From Mobula hypostoma (Eukaryota): 64,000 nucleotides of DNA. The translations under genes and the position numbers were made by a program. This document shows positions 23,357 to 34,930 of this stretch, piece by piece; the first letter of the stretch is position 1; every line of letters begins with the position of its first letter. A model generated the notes under the pieces. It did not search any database. It saw only the letters and a list, made by a program, of their open reading frames with translations, and was not told where the DNA came from. Location of the stretch: positions 19,966,001 to 20,030,000 of the forward strand of contig NC_086097.1 of the NCBI RefSeq assembly GCF_963921235.1, read 5' to 3'.

Positions 23357-24704
23357 CACCGACTCTCGGGTGCACTAGGAGGGCTGCCTTTGCCAGCACC
23401 TCCTGGGCCTGCTCGAACACCTCCGTGGACTCCGTGTCCCGTGCCACTTCTTTGGCCTTGTTGGCCATCAGGCTGAACAAGGGTCTCATGATGCGTGCCG
23501 CCGCCGGCACGAACCGATGATAAAAGTTGACCATCCCTACAAACTCCTGCAGGCCCTTGACCATGCTGGGCTTGGGGAACTGGCAGATGGCCTGGACCTT
23601 ATCCAGTAGGGGAACTGCGCCATCTCGGTTAACTTTGTGGCCCAAGAAGTCGACCTCCGTCAGCCCAAACTGGAACTTTGCCAGATTGATTGCCAGTCTG
23701 TGTTCGCTCAGGCGTTGGCAGAGCTGGCGCAAATGTGCCACGTGCTCTTGGTGCGAACTGCTGACCACCAGGATATCGTCCAAGTAAATGAAAACAAAAT
23801 CCAGGCCACGTCCCACCAAGTCCATGAGCCTTTGGAAAGTTTGGGCTGCATTCTTGAGACTGAAGGGCATCCTCAGGAATTCGAACAAGCCGAACTGGGT
23901 GATGAGTGTTGTCTTGGGCACATCGTCGGGGTGCACTGGGATCTGATGGTATCCCCTGACCAGGTCGATTTTCGAGCAGATGGTTGCTCCGTGCAGGTTC
24001 GCCGTGAAGTCCTGGATGTGGGGTACCGGGTATCTGTTGGCGGTTGTGGCATCGTTGAGCCTTCTGTAGTCTCTGCAGGGCCTCCAGCCTCCTGCGGACT
24101 TGGGCACTATGTGCAGCGGGGATGCCCACGGGCTGTCTGAGCAGCGTACGATTTCCATCTCTCCCATCTTACTGAACTTCTGCTTGGCGAGGTAGAGCTT
24201 GTCGGGTGGGAGCCTGCGAGCTCGGGCGTGCAGCGGCAGTCCTTGCGTGGGGATGTGGTGCTGCACGCCGAGCTTAGGGTCGGCCGTGGAGAACTGCGGG
24301 GTGACTATGGAGGGGAATTCCGCCAACACCCTGGCGAATTCGTTACCCGAAAGTGTCACAGATTTCAGGTGGAGGGCCGGTAGCTTGGCTTCTCCGAGCT
24401 GGAAAATCTGGATCATCTCGGCGTGGACCAAACGCCGGCCTTTTAGGTCGACCAGGAGGCAATTGGCTCGTAGGAAATCTGCCCCTAGTAGGGGCTGTGA
24501 CAACGCTGCCAACGTGAAAGTCCAAGTGAAGTGGCTGGATCCAAAATGCAGTGAGATAGTTCGCGGGCCATACGTCTGAATACTGGTGCCATTTGCAGTG
24601 GTGAGTTCGGGACCTGGGACCGTGTTACAAGTGTCCAAGTTCGGGGGGGTGGGGGGGGGGGGAGTACGCTGACTTCGGCCACGGTGTCTACCAGGAAGCA
24701 CCAC
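23325..24704 (-). CDS. Gypsy pol fragment (protease C-half plus reverse transcriptase; no RNase H or integrase)
   Basis: PLLGADFL, SPWASPLHIVPK, DYRRLN, KIDLVRGYHQIPV, MPFSLKNAAQTFQR, YLDDILV, FVGMVNFYHRF; genuine pol homology spans about 23357-24640. Confidence 0.85.
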   Translation of the reverse strand: MVLPGRHRGRSQRTPPPPTPPNLDTCNTVPGPELTTANGTSIQTYGPRTISLHFGSSHFTWTFTLAALSQPLLGADFLRANCLLVDLKGRRLVHAEMIQIFQLGEAKLPALHLKSVTLSGNEFARVLAEFPSIVTPQFSTADPKLGVQHHIPTQGLPLHARARRLPPDKLYLAKQKFSKMGEMEIVRCSDSPWASPLHIVPKSAGGWRPCRDYRRLNDATTANRYPVPHIQDFTANLHGATICSKIDLVRGYHQIPVHPDDVPKTTLITQFGLFEFLRMPFSLKNAAQTFQRLMDLVGRGLDFVFIYLDDILVVSSSHQEHVAHLRQLCQRLSEHRLAINLAKFQFGLTEVDFLGHKVNRDGAVPLLDKVQAICQFPKPSMVKGLQEFVGMVNFYHRFVPAAARIMRPLFSLMANKAKEVARDTESTEVFEQAQEVLAKAALLVHPRVGGSPGPVGGEI

Positions 24705-25456
24705 CCGGAGTGTCGGTCCCAGAGGTACAGGAGGCTATCTCGATGGCCAGCCGTCGTAGCCATTGGCAACAGCTGGCCCCGGCGTTTCCCGGAAAAGCAC
24801 ACGGTGGACGGCAGCGCCGCGCGCCTGAGCCCCATCTTTGGTGATAGAAACACCATTGCTCCGAACTTTTGTCTTTTTCCCGTGGGTCTCGACGGCTTCG
24901 GTTGTGGGGCCTGGGCTTTGGGGCACACAATCATGGCTAGGCCGATGGAGGCTGCTCCACGTTGCTTGCTCTGCCAAATGACATCTGCTTTAGCTGTGAC
25001 CCTGCGTGGGTTGCTGAAATCCTCACTCGCGAGGAGGAGGCGAATGTCCTCTGGCATTTGCTCAAGGAACAACTGTTCAAATAGAAGGCATGGCTTATGA
25101 CCATTCATGAGCGCCAGCATATCATTCATGAGCTTGGATGGCGTGCGGTCGCCCAGGCCGTCCATGTGTAGGAGCCGCGTGGCCAGTTCGCAGCGGCAGA
25201 GACTGAAGGTACGGATCAGAAGCGCCTTAAGCTTCGTGTACCCGTCCTCCGTTGGTGGCTGGCGTAGGAAGTCGATGATCCGGCCTGCCGTCTCCTGGTC
25301 GAGTGTGCTGACCACGTAGTAGTATCGCGTGGCATCGGCTGTAATGACTCTGATATTGAACTGGGCCTCAGCCTGCTCGAACCAAACGTGGGGCTGAGTG
25401 GCCCAGAAGGTCGGGAGCTTCAGAGAGACCGCGCTGTGCGAGTTGCTCGAACTCAT
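24485..25456 (-). pseudogene. Gypsy gag and protease start, frameshifted
   Basis: VSLKLPTFW...WFEQAEAQF gag signature; CHCC knuckle CFYHQRWGSGARRCRPPC in the 24688-24930 frame; protease FLVDTVAEVSVLP. Confidence 0.85.
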
Positions 25457-25495
25457 GGCTGGTCGCTGAGTCCCCAGCTCCAGAAGCCGTCTGGA

Positions 25496-25510
25496 ACGTC
25501 GGGGTTACCA
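25496..25510 (-). other. Primer-binding site complementary to the tRNA-Trp 3' end
   Basis: TGGTAACCCCGACGT one base inside the 5' LTR; one mismatch to TGGTGACCCCGACGT. Confidence 0.8.
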
Positions 25511-25511
25511 A

Positions 25512-25761
25512 TGTAGTCGCGCGCAAACGCGCTACTAAAGAAACACACGGAGGCAGAGAGAGATGAACTCAGAATGCCTTTAGTGATTCAAAATCGCACG
25601 CTTAAATCTCCCTCCCATGGGCCCCTGCGACCTGTGGGGTGGACATGATGTCAGACTATCCCCGGAAGGTCCGCCCCAAGCGGGTAGTTCCAAACGCGCT
25701 ATCGCGTGTTTGCCTGTGGCTCCCGATGGCGGTTCGAGTCCCGCGTGTGCAGGCCGCCACA
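25512..25761 (-). repeat. 5' LTR (250 bp)
   Basis: TGTGG...CTACA on the minus strand, adjacent to the primer site. Confidence 0.88.
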
Positions 25762-26550
25762 GAAGTACATATATGTCACCATATACAATTATGAGATTCA
25801 TTTTATTGCAGGCATACTCAATAACTCCATAATAGAATCAATGAAAGACTGCACCAACTTGGGCATTTAACCAGTGTGCAAATACAGAAGTAAATAATAA
25901 CAATGATAAGTAAGTAATAAATATCAAGAAATTGAGGTGAACTGTCATAGATTGTGTGAACATTTCAATGATAGGGCAAGTGAAATGAGGTGAAGTTATC
26001 CCCTCTGGTCCAAGAGCCTGACATTGAGGGATAATAACTGTTCATGAACCTGGTGCTATGAGTCTATAGGCTCCAGTACCTTCTTCCTGATGATATCAGC
26101 AAGAGGAGTGTATGACCTGGGTGGTGGGGGTCCCTGATGATGAATGCTGCTTTCCTGAGAAAGTGCTCTGTGTACATGTGCTCAGTGGTAGGGAGGGCTT
26201 TACCCACGATGAATTCAGTCATATCCACTACTTTCTGAAGGATTTTCCATTCAAGGGCATCGGTGTTTCCATACCAGGCTGTGATGCAACCAGTCAATAT
26301 TCTTTCCACCACACACCTACAGAAGTTTGTCAAAGTTTTAGATGTTATGCCAATTCTTCGCAAACTCCTAAGGAAGTACAGGCGCTGCTTCTTTGCAATT
26401 TCTTTGTAATTGCACTTGTGTGCTGGGCCCAGGACGTGTCCTGTGAAATGATAACACCGAAGAATTTAAAGTCGCTGACCCTCTCCACCTCTGACCCTCC
26501 AATGAGGACTGGCTCATGGACCTCTGGTTTCCTCCTCCTGAAGTCAATAA
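25762..26550 (-). mobile_element. Rex1/Babar LINE 3' part; its tail continues at 23200-23234 across the Gypsy insertion
   Basis: KTLTNFCRCVVERILTGCITAWYG...IIRDPHHPGH; LIIDFRR...VERVSDFKFFG. Confidence 0.85.
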
Positions 26551-26561
26551 TCAGCCAAATA

Positions 26562-28089
26562 ACACGCACACAATGCTGGAGGAACTCAGCAGGTCAGGCA
26601 GCATCAATGGAGAAGAGTAAACAGTTGATGTTTTAGGCCAAGACCCTTTGTCAGAACAAGAGGAAATTGATGAAAAGTCAGATCAAGAAGGTGGGGGGAG
26701 GGGAGGAAGAAATACAAGGTAGTAGGTGATAGGCAAAACCAGGAGGGGAGAGGGGTGAAGAAAAGAGCTGGGAAGTTGATTGGTGAAAGATGAAGGGCCC
26801 GAGAAGGGGGAATCTGTTAGGAGAGGACAGAAGGACATGGAAGAAAGGGAAGAGGGAGGAACATCAGAGGGAAGTGATGGGCTGATAAGGAGATAAGGTG
26901 AGAGGGAAATGGGAATGGTGGGGTGGGGGTCACATTACCAGAAGTTCAAGAAATCGATGTCCATACCATCAGGCTGCAGACTACCGAGACGGAATACAAG
27001 GTGTTGCTCCTCCAACCCGAATGTGGCCTCATCGTGTCAGTAGAGGAGGCCATGGACTGACATGTCAGAATGGGAATGGGAAGTGGAATTAAAATGGGTG
27101 AACACTGGAAATCCTGCTTTTTCTGGCAGATGGAGCATAGGTGCTCGGTGAAGCAGATTCCCAATCTACGTCGGGTCTCACCAATATATAGGCCACACTG
27201 GAAGCACTGCATACAGATGACCCCAACAAATTCACAGGTGAAGAGTCACCTCACCTGGAAGAACTGTTTAAGGCCCTGAATGGTAGTGAGGGAGGAAGCA
27301 TAGGGGAGGGTATAGCACTTGTTCTGCCTGCAAAGACAAGTGCCAAAAGAGAGATCAGTGGGGAGGGACGAATGAGCAAGCGAGTCATGTAGGGAGCAAT
27401 CCAATCCCTGTGTAAAGCAGAAAGTGGGAGAGGGGAGGAAAGATGTGCTTGGTGGTAGGACTGCTTCGCAAAGCACCCACGTTCCATCTGCCAGAAAGAG
27501 TGGGATCTCCCAGTGGCCACCCATTTTCATTCCACTTCCCATTTCCATTCCAACATGTCAGTCCATGGCCTCCCCTACTGCAGCAATGAGGTCACACTCA
27601 GGTTGGAGGAGCAACACCTTATATTCTGTCTGGGCAGCCTCACACTGATAGCATGAACATCGATTTCTTGAACTCCCGGGAATGGCCACTCCCCACCCCC
27701 CCCCCATCTCACCATTCCCCATTCCCACTTCCCTCTCGCCTTATCTCCTTACCTGCCCATCCCCCTTCCCTTTCTTCCATGGCCTTCTGTCCTCTCCCAT
27801 CAGAGTTCCCCTTCTACAGCCCTTTATCTCTTTCACCAATCAACTTACCTGCTCTTTACTTTATCCCTCCCCGACTTCTGGTTTCACCTATCACCTACTT
27901 CCTCTCCCCCACACCCCCCCCCCACGTTTTTAATCTGACCTCACCTTTTTTCTCCAGTTCTGATGAAAGGTCTCAACCCAAAATGTCAACTGTTCACACT
28001 TTCCATAGATGCTGCCAGGCCTGCTGAGTTCCTCCAGAATTTTGTGTGTTGCTTAGATTTCCAGAATCTGCAGATTTTTTTCTGGTTTG
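26562..28089. mobile_element. Palindromic PLE: two GIY-YIG/3'-UTR halves pointing outwards
   Basis: Minus arm 26562-27455 (CFQCGLYIGETRRRLG..FTEH), plus arm 27456-28089; 14-bp TSD TAATCAGCCAAATA / TAATCAGTCAAATA (26548-26561, 28090-28103). Confidence 0.88.
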
Positions 28090-28594
28090 TAATCAGTCAA
28101 ATACATGCTTTTAATTAAATATACATTACGACTAAATATATATATACTTCTTGCTCTAATGAATACTTATGAGTGCCAGAGATGTTCATAGAAACTTAAA
28201 TTTCTTTGATAGGCAATGGTGTGACGTATTTTCCAATATGTTTGTCTTGCACGAACAGAACTTGCCAATCAGAATCCCCAAGACAAGCTGGATGGGATAA
28301 TCCTATGGGCCACATACTGAGAGTAGCAGGACAGTTTTTCTATTAATCATTCCAGTGAGGGCTAGCTGCTATCTGCCAACAGACAACAATAGGAACAATC
28401 CAATGGGCCATACATTGAAAGCATCCAAGAAAGTACCACCAACAAACAGCAACACAAGGAATCCAAGAGTACACTGGATTATCTGATCTACCTCACACAA
28501 GAGTCAAGGGAACAGGAGACAATGATTTGAGGTTTGCATATCCCTATCAACTATGACCGTACCATAGAGTGCATATGTAGATATGACCATACTG

Positions 28595-29080
28595 TAGAGG
28601 ACGACAGCACAGAAACAGACCCTTCATCCCATCTACTCCATGCTGAACTGTTATTCTGTCTAGTGCTATCAACCTGTATCTGGACCACAGTCCTCCATAT
28701 CCCTCCCATCCATGTACTTAACCAAACTTCTCTTAAGTGTTGCAATTGAACCCGGAATAATCACTTCCACTGACAGCTCATTCCACTTTTGCACCAGCCT
28801 CTGCAGAAGTTGCTCCTCGGGTTCCCCTTAAATATTTCACCATTCAACCTTAACTTGTAACCTATAGTTCTAGTCTTACCCAAGCTCAGTGTAAAAGAAA
28901 AACCTGCTTGCATTTACCCTACTTATACCCCTCGTAATTTTGTATACCTCTATCAAATCTCCCCTCATTCCCCTACACTCCAGGGAATAAAGTCCCAACC
29001 TATTCAACCTTTCCCTATAACTCGGGCCCTCAAGTGTCAGCAAACATCCTTGTAAGTTTTCTCTGTACTCTTTTGATCTT
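28595..29080 (-). mobile_element. CR1 LINE 3' part
   Basis: SYRERLNRLGLYSLECRGMRGDLIEVYKI. Confidence 0.8.
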
Positions 29081-29669
29081 ATTGATATTACCAGCAATGC
29101 TTTCAAAAAATATTTTGAATCCCTCGATAAGAGAAGCATGTATACAAAAACAGACCTCTAAATGTGGTACTGAAAAAGTATGCAACTGGATAGATCATGC
29201 AGAACTGCACAAAGAACACATAACAACATCTCTTCTTTATACAGAAGAAAATGAAGTCAGCCAAACAGTTTCAGCTCAGAGCTTTTCCCATCTGAACACA
29301 AACTAAAACTCACTAATGGACAAGTGACCTTGGTTTATCCACATTCATGATTAATGCAAGATGGAGCTGCTGCTATCCTTTAAAGTCAAAAGGGACAACT
29401 GATCAAAGTTAGACTAATTCACAATAACTTTGATGCAAAGTTCTTTCTGTATTTGATAACAATGCATATTGATTTTTTTGGTAAATCCATTTTATGTGAC
29501 TGTGCATTGTTTACATAAAATATAGGAATGCAAAAGGGCATTGATATGAGATTGTAGGTAATCTGCATCTTAAATCCATCCATAAACCTTGGCTCCTTTA
29601 TCCTTCTGTACCATATCCAGCAATAAGCTAACGTTTTCAAGACTTCAAATTAATAATTAAACTAGCATT

Positions 29670-30692
29670 AACACAAGAGATTCTACAGATGCTGGAAATC
29701 TTCAGCAATACACACTGCTGGAGGAACTCAGCAAGTCAGGTAGCATCTATGTTTCGGGCTGAGACCCTTCACCAGGCTGGAAAGGAAGGGGGCAGAAGTC
29801 AGAATAAGGTGTTTGATGGAGGGAATGGAGTACAAGCTGGCACATCTGCCCTCACCCCCATTGTCCTAATCCCATTACAGGGATAGGGTTCCCCGTGTTC
29901 TTGTACCACCTCATGAGCCTCATTAACATAATTCTTTGCATCTTCTGCCACCTTCAATGTATCCTATCACCAGGCACATCTTTTCCTCCAACCCGTCCCC
30001 CACTCTCCACTTTCTGTAGAGAGCACTTTCTATGTGACTTCTTTGTCTACTCATCTCTCTTAACCGATCTCCCTCCTGGCACTTACCCTTACAAGCAGCA
30101 CAAATGATACACCTGCCCTGACACCTCCTCTATCACAACCATTCAGGGCCCCAAACAGTTCTTCCAGCTGAGGCGACACTTCCCGAGAGTTTTTTGGGGT
30201 CATCTGCGTACCACGATGAGCCCTCTCTCAGGTTGGAGAAGCAATACCTTTTATTCCACCTGGGAAGTCTCCAACCTGATGGCATGAACAGCATGGAGTT
30301 CTTTAACTTCCAGTAATTACTCCTCCCTTCCCCTTCTGTCCTTTACCAATTCCCTTCTTCTCCTCACCTGCCAATCACCTCCCTCCACCTTCCCTTTCTT
30401 TAATAGTCCACTGTCCTCTCCTAATAGATTCCTTCTTCTTCAGCCCTTCAGCTTTTCTGCTTATCATATTCTAGCCTCTCACATCAACTCCCCCATCCTC
30501 AACTCAGCCACCTTCCTGCTCACCTGGTCTCATTTATCACTTGTCAGCTTGTCCTTTTTCCTTTCCAGTCCTGATGAAGGGTCTTGCCCAAAACGTTGAA
30601 TGTTTATTCCCCTCAATAGATGCTGCCTGACCTACTGAGTTTCTCCAGCATTTTGTGTTGCTCTGGATTTCCACCATCTGAAGAATCTCTTG
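29670..30692 (+). mobile_element. Degenerate PLE with inverted terminal copy
   Basis: Same layout as 11754-12938; TDLPPGTYPYKQHK linker; hammerhead remnants near 29750 (-) and 30566 (+). Confidence 0.8.
30566..30602 (+). ncRNA. Hammerhead ribozyme relic (GAAA mutated to AAAA)
   Basis: CAGTC-CTGATGA-AGGGTCTTGCCC-AAAACGTT-GAATG. Confidence 0.5.
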
Positions 30693-31079
30693 TAATTAAA
30701 TCTAACTACCTTTCCCTGATATCCAATGAGATTACTATTGCTGAGTTTATTTTAGAAAGCTGGAGGGAGTCATATTTTTCTCTACTGCAAACAGGACATG
30801 CGCCACATATCTGATTACAAGGAGTTGAGAGAGCTCAATGAGATGCAAATTATTGCATGATTCATGCATTTTATTATATACTCATGCCTCAGTGCCGGTA
30901 TGACTCAATGTACTGCTGCAAAATGCAAGGAGGTTAACCAATTTTGCTAAAAAAGTGCTTAAGACTACACCCCTGACGTGCAATTAGCAGGGAAAATAAA
31001 AGGCTGCAGATATAGTGATAGCCAAGTATACAAACATGGGTTTGCAAAAGTTAATTGTTTGGTTCTCATATTTCTATAT

Positions 31080-31380
31080 AATACAGAATGTGGCCATTCA
31101 GACCATTGAGTCTCTGCAAGTTCTTACACCCAACCCATTCCCCCACTTTTATTTCCCTGTAACTTATTCTCTTATCCAGTCCATTACTTCCCCTTAACTT
31201 CTTACCACCCTCACACACTACAGGCAATTTACAGTAGCCAATTAACCTCACAATGAGCATTTTCTGAGGGGTATGTGGTGAAAGCAGAGCAGCTGGGGAA
31301 ATCCTCATGGTCACGGGGAAAACATCGAAATGAAGACAGGATTAAACCTGGGCTGCCGCAGCTGTGTCACTGTACTGTCC
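31080..31380 (-). mobile_element. V-domain SINE with CR1-like tail, degenerate
   Basis: GGCAATTTACAGTAGCCAATTAACCT and GGTCACGGGGAAAACAT match the reverse complement of V-SINE motifs. Confidence 0.5.
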
Positions 31381-32269
31381 TTGTCGGTCTCCACTGACAA
31401 TTAAAGAGGTTACATTAGTCACAGAACGAGTCACCAAGATAAATGAACTTACATGTCCAAACAGGGGACTTCACTAACATAACAGCAGTGTATTCCCTCA
31501 ATCTTGTAATGACGGACATTCAGACAGGTGATTCATTTCTAAAGAGCCTCATTAGGAAGTCAGAAACACAAATTCACAAAGAGAGATCAGGGACCTAATG
31601 AACCCATTTCAGATCAAACTGCACTCATTTCTCTATTAATCCTCTTAGCCATCAGCTTCTTTTTTAATCTGATTCTCTGCAATAAAATAAAGGATTTTTT
31701 TAATATACAACAAACTGTTAAATGCTCGTGGAGGAAAGTTAAGCAGAGTAGATAAACCCCTTCACAAACAGAAGATCCTCTTGTCATTTCATTTTGCATT
31801 CTGGATGACTTATAGTCATGAAATCTTCTCATTGACCACTGAATTTAGGTGGAGGTCAAACTCTTAAAACAGGGTACAAATCCACACAAAATAGGAATGT
31901 GGTATTCACTATGTTCAGCCTATATTAGTTTGTGAGGGGGGGGGGAAAAGAGCAACTTTTGGTGAGGGAGAGGTCTGCTACGAGTCCCAACCTGCTACAA
32001 ATTAGCAGGCAATTTGCATCAGTTCAGCATTTGCCTTGGAAATACAAGAAAAATCTAAAACTTTGCCGTGATACTCAGTACTAAGATAAGTTTCACGAAA
32101 TTGCTAGATTTACGTTGATAATACAAATTAATCTTGCTGCAGCCATTTAGTGCTGGTAATTCTAAATTGATGCAAACACGAGGAAATTTGCAGATGCTGG
32201 AAATTCAAGCAACACACACAAAATGCTGGTGGAACGCAGCAGGCCAGGCAGCATCTATAGGAAGAGGTA

Positions 32270-32307
32270 CAGTCGACGTTTCAGGCCGAGACCCTTCGTC
32301 AGGAATA
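32270..32307 (-). ncRNA. Best-preserved minimal hammerhead core in the window
   Basis: Minus strand TATTC-CTGACGA-AGGGTCTCGGCCT-GAAACGTC-GACTG; both core boxes and the GUC triplet intact, helix I weakened. Confidence 0.65.
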
Positions 32308-32427
32308 ACTGAAAGAAGAGATAGTAAGAGATTTGAAAGTGGGAGGGGGAGGGAGAGATCCAAAATGATAGGAGAAGACAGGAGGGAGAGGGTTGAAGCT
32401 AAGAGCTGGAAAGTTGATTGGCAAAAG

Positions 32428-33219
32428 CAGTGGTCCCCAACCACCGGGCCGCAAAGCATGTGCTACCGGGCCGCAAGGAAACGATATGAGTCAGCTGCAC
32501 CTTTCCTCATTCCCTGTCGCGCACTGTTGAACTTGAACATAGGGTTGACAACTGTCCTGTATATGCCGGGACACTCCGTATATTGGGCTAAACTGGTTTG
32601 TCCCATACGGGACCACCCTTGTCCCGTATTTCCCCCGCTAAGGTAGAGCGTTCCTATGAAACCTTTTGTGCCGAAATGGCGTAAAGCGAAGAAGCAATTA
32701 CCATTAATTTATATGGGAAAAATTTTTGAGCATTCCCAGACCCAAAAAATAACCTACCAAATCATACCAAATAACACATAAAACCTAAAATAACACTAAC
32801 ATATTGTAAAAGCAGGAATGATATGATAAATACACAGCGTATATAAAGTAGAAATATTGTATGTGCAGTGTATTCGGAAAGATTAAGCCAAAACTGATTT
32901 GTGGGAAAAAAAATCGGCACGTATGTGCATGCGTACGTCACATATGCGTGCACATGTACCCGTGCAAGGCTTCATGGTCATGGTAGTCTTTCTCAGGGTA
33001 AGCACAAGTGTCCTGTATTTGACTGCTACTTTTGTCCCTTATTTGGGAGTGAGAAATTTGGCAACCCTAACTGTAAAAGACATGTTAAGGTAGGTTTAAC
33101 AACCCTGCTTGAACACCAAACCCCCTCGCGCCCCCCCCCCCACCCCCGGGTCAGCCTGTCCGCAAGAATATTGTCAATATTAAACCGGTCCGCGGTGTAA
33201 AAAAGGTTGGGGACCCCTG
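32428..33219. mobile_element. Non-autonomous hAT element carrying captured transposon pieces
   Basis: TIRs CAGTGGTCCCCAACC / GGTTGGGGACCCCTG; perfect 8-bp TSD GGCAAAAG (32420-32427, 33220-33227). Confidence 0.9.
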
Positions 33220-33344
33220 GGCAAAAGGGATACAAGGCTGGAGAAGGGAGGGGATCATGGGATGGGAGGCCGAGGGAGAAAGAAATGGGGAGGGGAGCAC
33301 CAGAGGAAAATGGAGAGCAGTCAAGGAGTCATTGTGAGAGGGAC

Positions 33345-33360
33345 AGAGAGCGAGAGCGAG

Positions 33361-33394
<34 letters not shown>
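33345..33394. repeat. (GA)n / (GAGAGC)n microsatellite
   Basis: Seen directly. Confidence 0.95.
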
Positions 33395-33398
<4 letters not shown>

Positions 33399-34693
33399 AA
33401 AAGGAAAAATAAATAAACAGACAAAAATAACTGGATAAAAATGAATGAATGAAGGAATAAATAAATAAAGGATGGGGTAAGAAGGAGAGGAGGGGCATTG
33501 ACGGAAGTTAGAGAAGTCAATGTTCATGCCATCAGGTAAGTCGACTGTACTTCTTCCTACAGATGAATTCTAAATTGACCTTGTTAATAATGTGATTTAT
33601 TGTCCTGATGTAACACTAAACCTTGGAGGCCCAGAAAAGGACCAATGAATGTACAGTCTCAATTGAGCTGGCAGTGAATTGTTCTTGCACGATTTTTAAA
33701 ACTCTTTAATCTGTCTTAGCATTATCTTTGTGTCAGTCTTACAATTCATAATGCCGATGGTATCAGATGAAAAGTGGTGTAAAATTGCTACAAGGCTGAG
33801 AAATACAAAATCAGAGGTTTTCTTTTCAGGAAAATTTTGGAATTCTGTACAAGACTAATTTGAAATATGACATGCTACATGCAGTAGGCTTGAAGGAAGA
33901 TAATGATTTGGACCTATGATTCCCAAAGCTCAGCATCCTTGAGTTTGCCTTGAACCAATTGCGTGATTAGTCAAAAACAGTTTAATCACCGTATTACGTG
34001 ACTACCTTGTTGCTAGAAGGTAAAGCAGACAGAACTGATCTCTTTGCTGTTCTTGAAGGACAAGGCTGGTAGTTTTTCATTTGGTTGGTCAATAACATTT
34101 TACAGATTTCCCTCCTATTCATTCAACTTCTCAAAGCCTAGTACAACTCCCAAACGCAGCTCAATCACAATATCTTCATCTGTTTGTTCATTCAAACAAT
34201 TCTCGTCTCCTTCCCCACTTTTTAATCTATTCTCTTTATTCCTGTTTATATTCAATCTGACTTTATTTTACATTATTTCATTTTCTGTTGTTTGCTGTAT
34301 TCTGTTTATTACAATTTTATTTTGTTAATCGAGAAGACAGATCACCAGTTTTAACACTCAGAAGATCTGAACAGTGATAATGACATTACAGGTGTAAAGT
34401 AATATGCAAGCAATATGCTGAGGAACTTGATGGTTGAGGTATAAAATTTTATTCATATTTGCTATAGTAATTTCTGACTTCCTGTCAGCCTTTCATTTTC
34501 TATCTTCCATGTACTTCATCTAGCTACATTCTGTTAACTGTATTTTTTTAAACAAAGACATTTAACCTTTTGAAAGTTGCAACTTTAACAAAGGAAAATG
34601 GTGCGTGGCATATCCCATAAAGAGGAAGCACATACTGTGAAACTCCCTCCTACAAATCTTGGGACAATGTTCAAATCAACACTTTTTGAAGTT

Positions 34694-34930
34694 CCACACA
34701 CAAAACGCTGGATGAACTTAGCAGGTCAAGCAGCAGCTATGGAGAAGAATAAGCAGTTGACATTTCGCGATGAGACCCTTCATTAGGGCAATCTGCAGTG
34801 TGATGAAGGGTCTCGGCCGGAAATGTTGACTGGTTATTCCTCTTCATAGATGCTGCCTGACCTGCTGAGTTCCTCCAGCATTTTCTGTGCGTTACTCTGG
34901 GTTTCCAGCATCCACAGAATCTCATGTTTA
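34694..34930. mobile_element. Hairpin mini-PLE with two divergent hammerhead relics
   Basis: Minus copy 34754-34790 and plus copy 34796-34832; approximate TSD TTTTTGAAGTT / TTCTTGAAGTT. Confidence 0.8.

Larger units (their letters stand above)
23235..25761 (-). mobile_element. Gypsy/Ty3 LTR retrotransposon (CsRn1/Kabuki-like clade), internally deleted
   Basis: 5' LTR 25512-25761 (TGT...ACA), partial 3' LTR 23235-23356, primer site, gag-protease-RT; 4-bp TSD AAAG (23231-23234) / GAAG (25762-25765). Confidence 0.92.
32171..33565 (-). mobile_element. PLE 3' end hosting a nested hAT element
   Basis: MNIDFSNF ORF end at 33527; short inverted end at 33540-33565; 13-bp TSD AATTCTAAATTGA (32158-32170, 33566-33578). 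Confidence 0.85.

Noticed and set aside
23527..25319. Several long plus-strand ORFs over the Gypsy element
   Set aside because: Antisense shadows of GC-rich gag-pol sequence.
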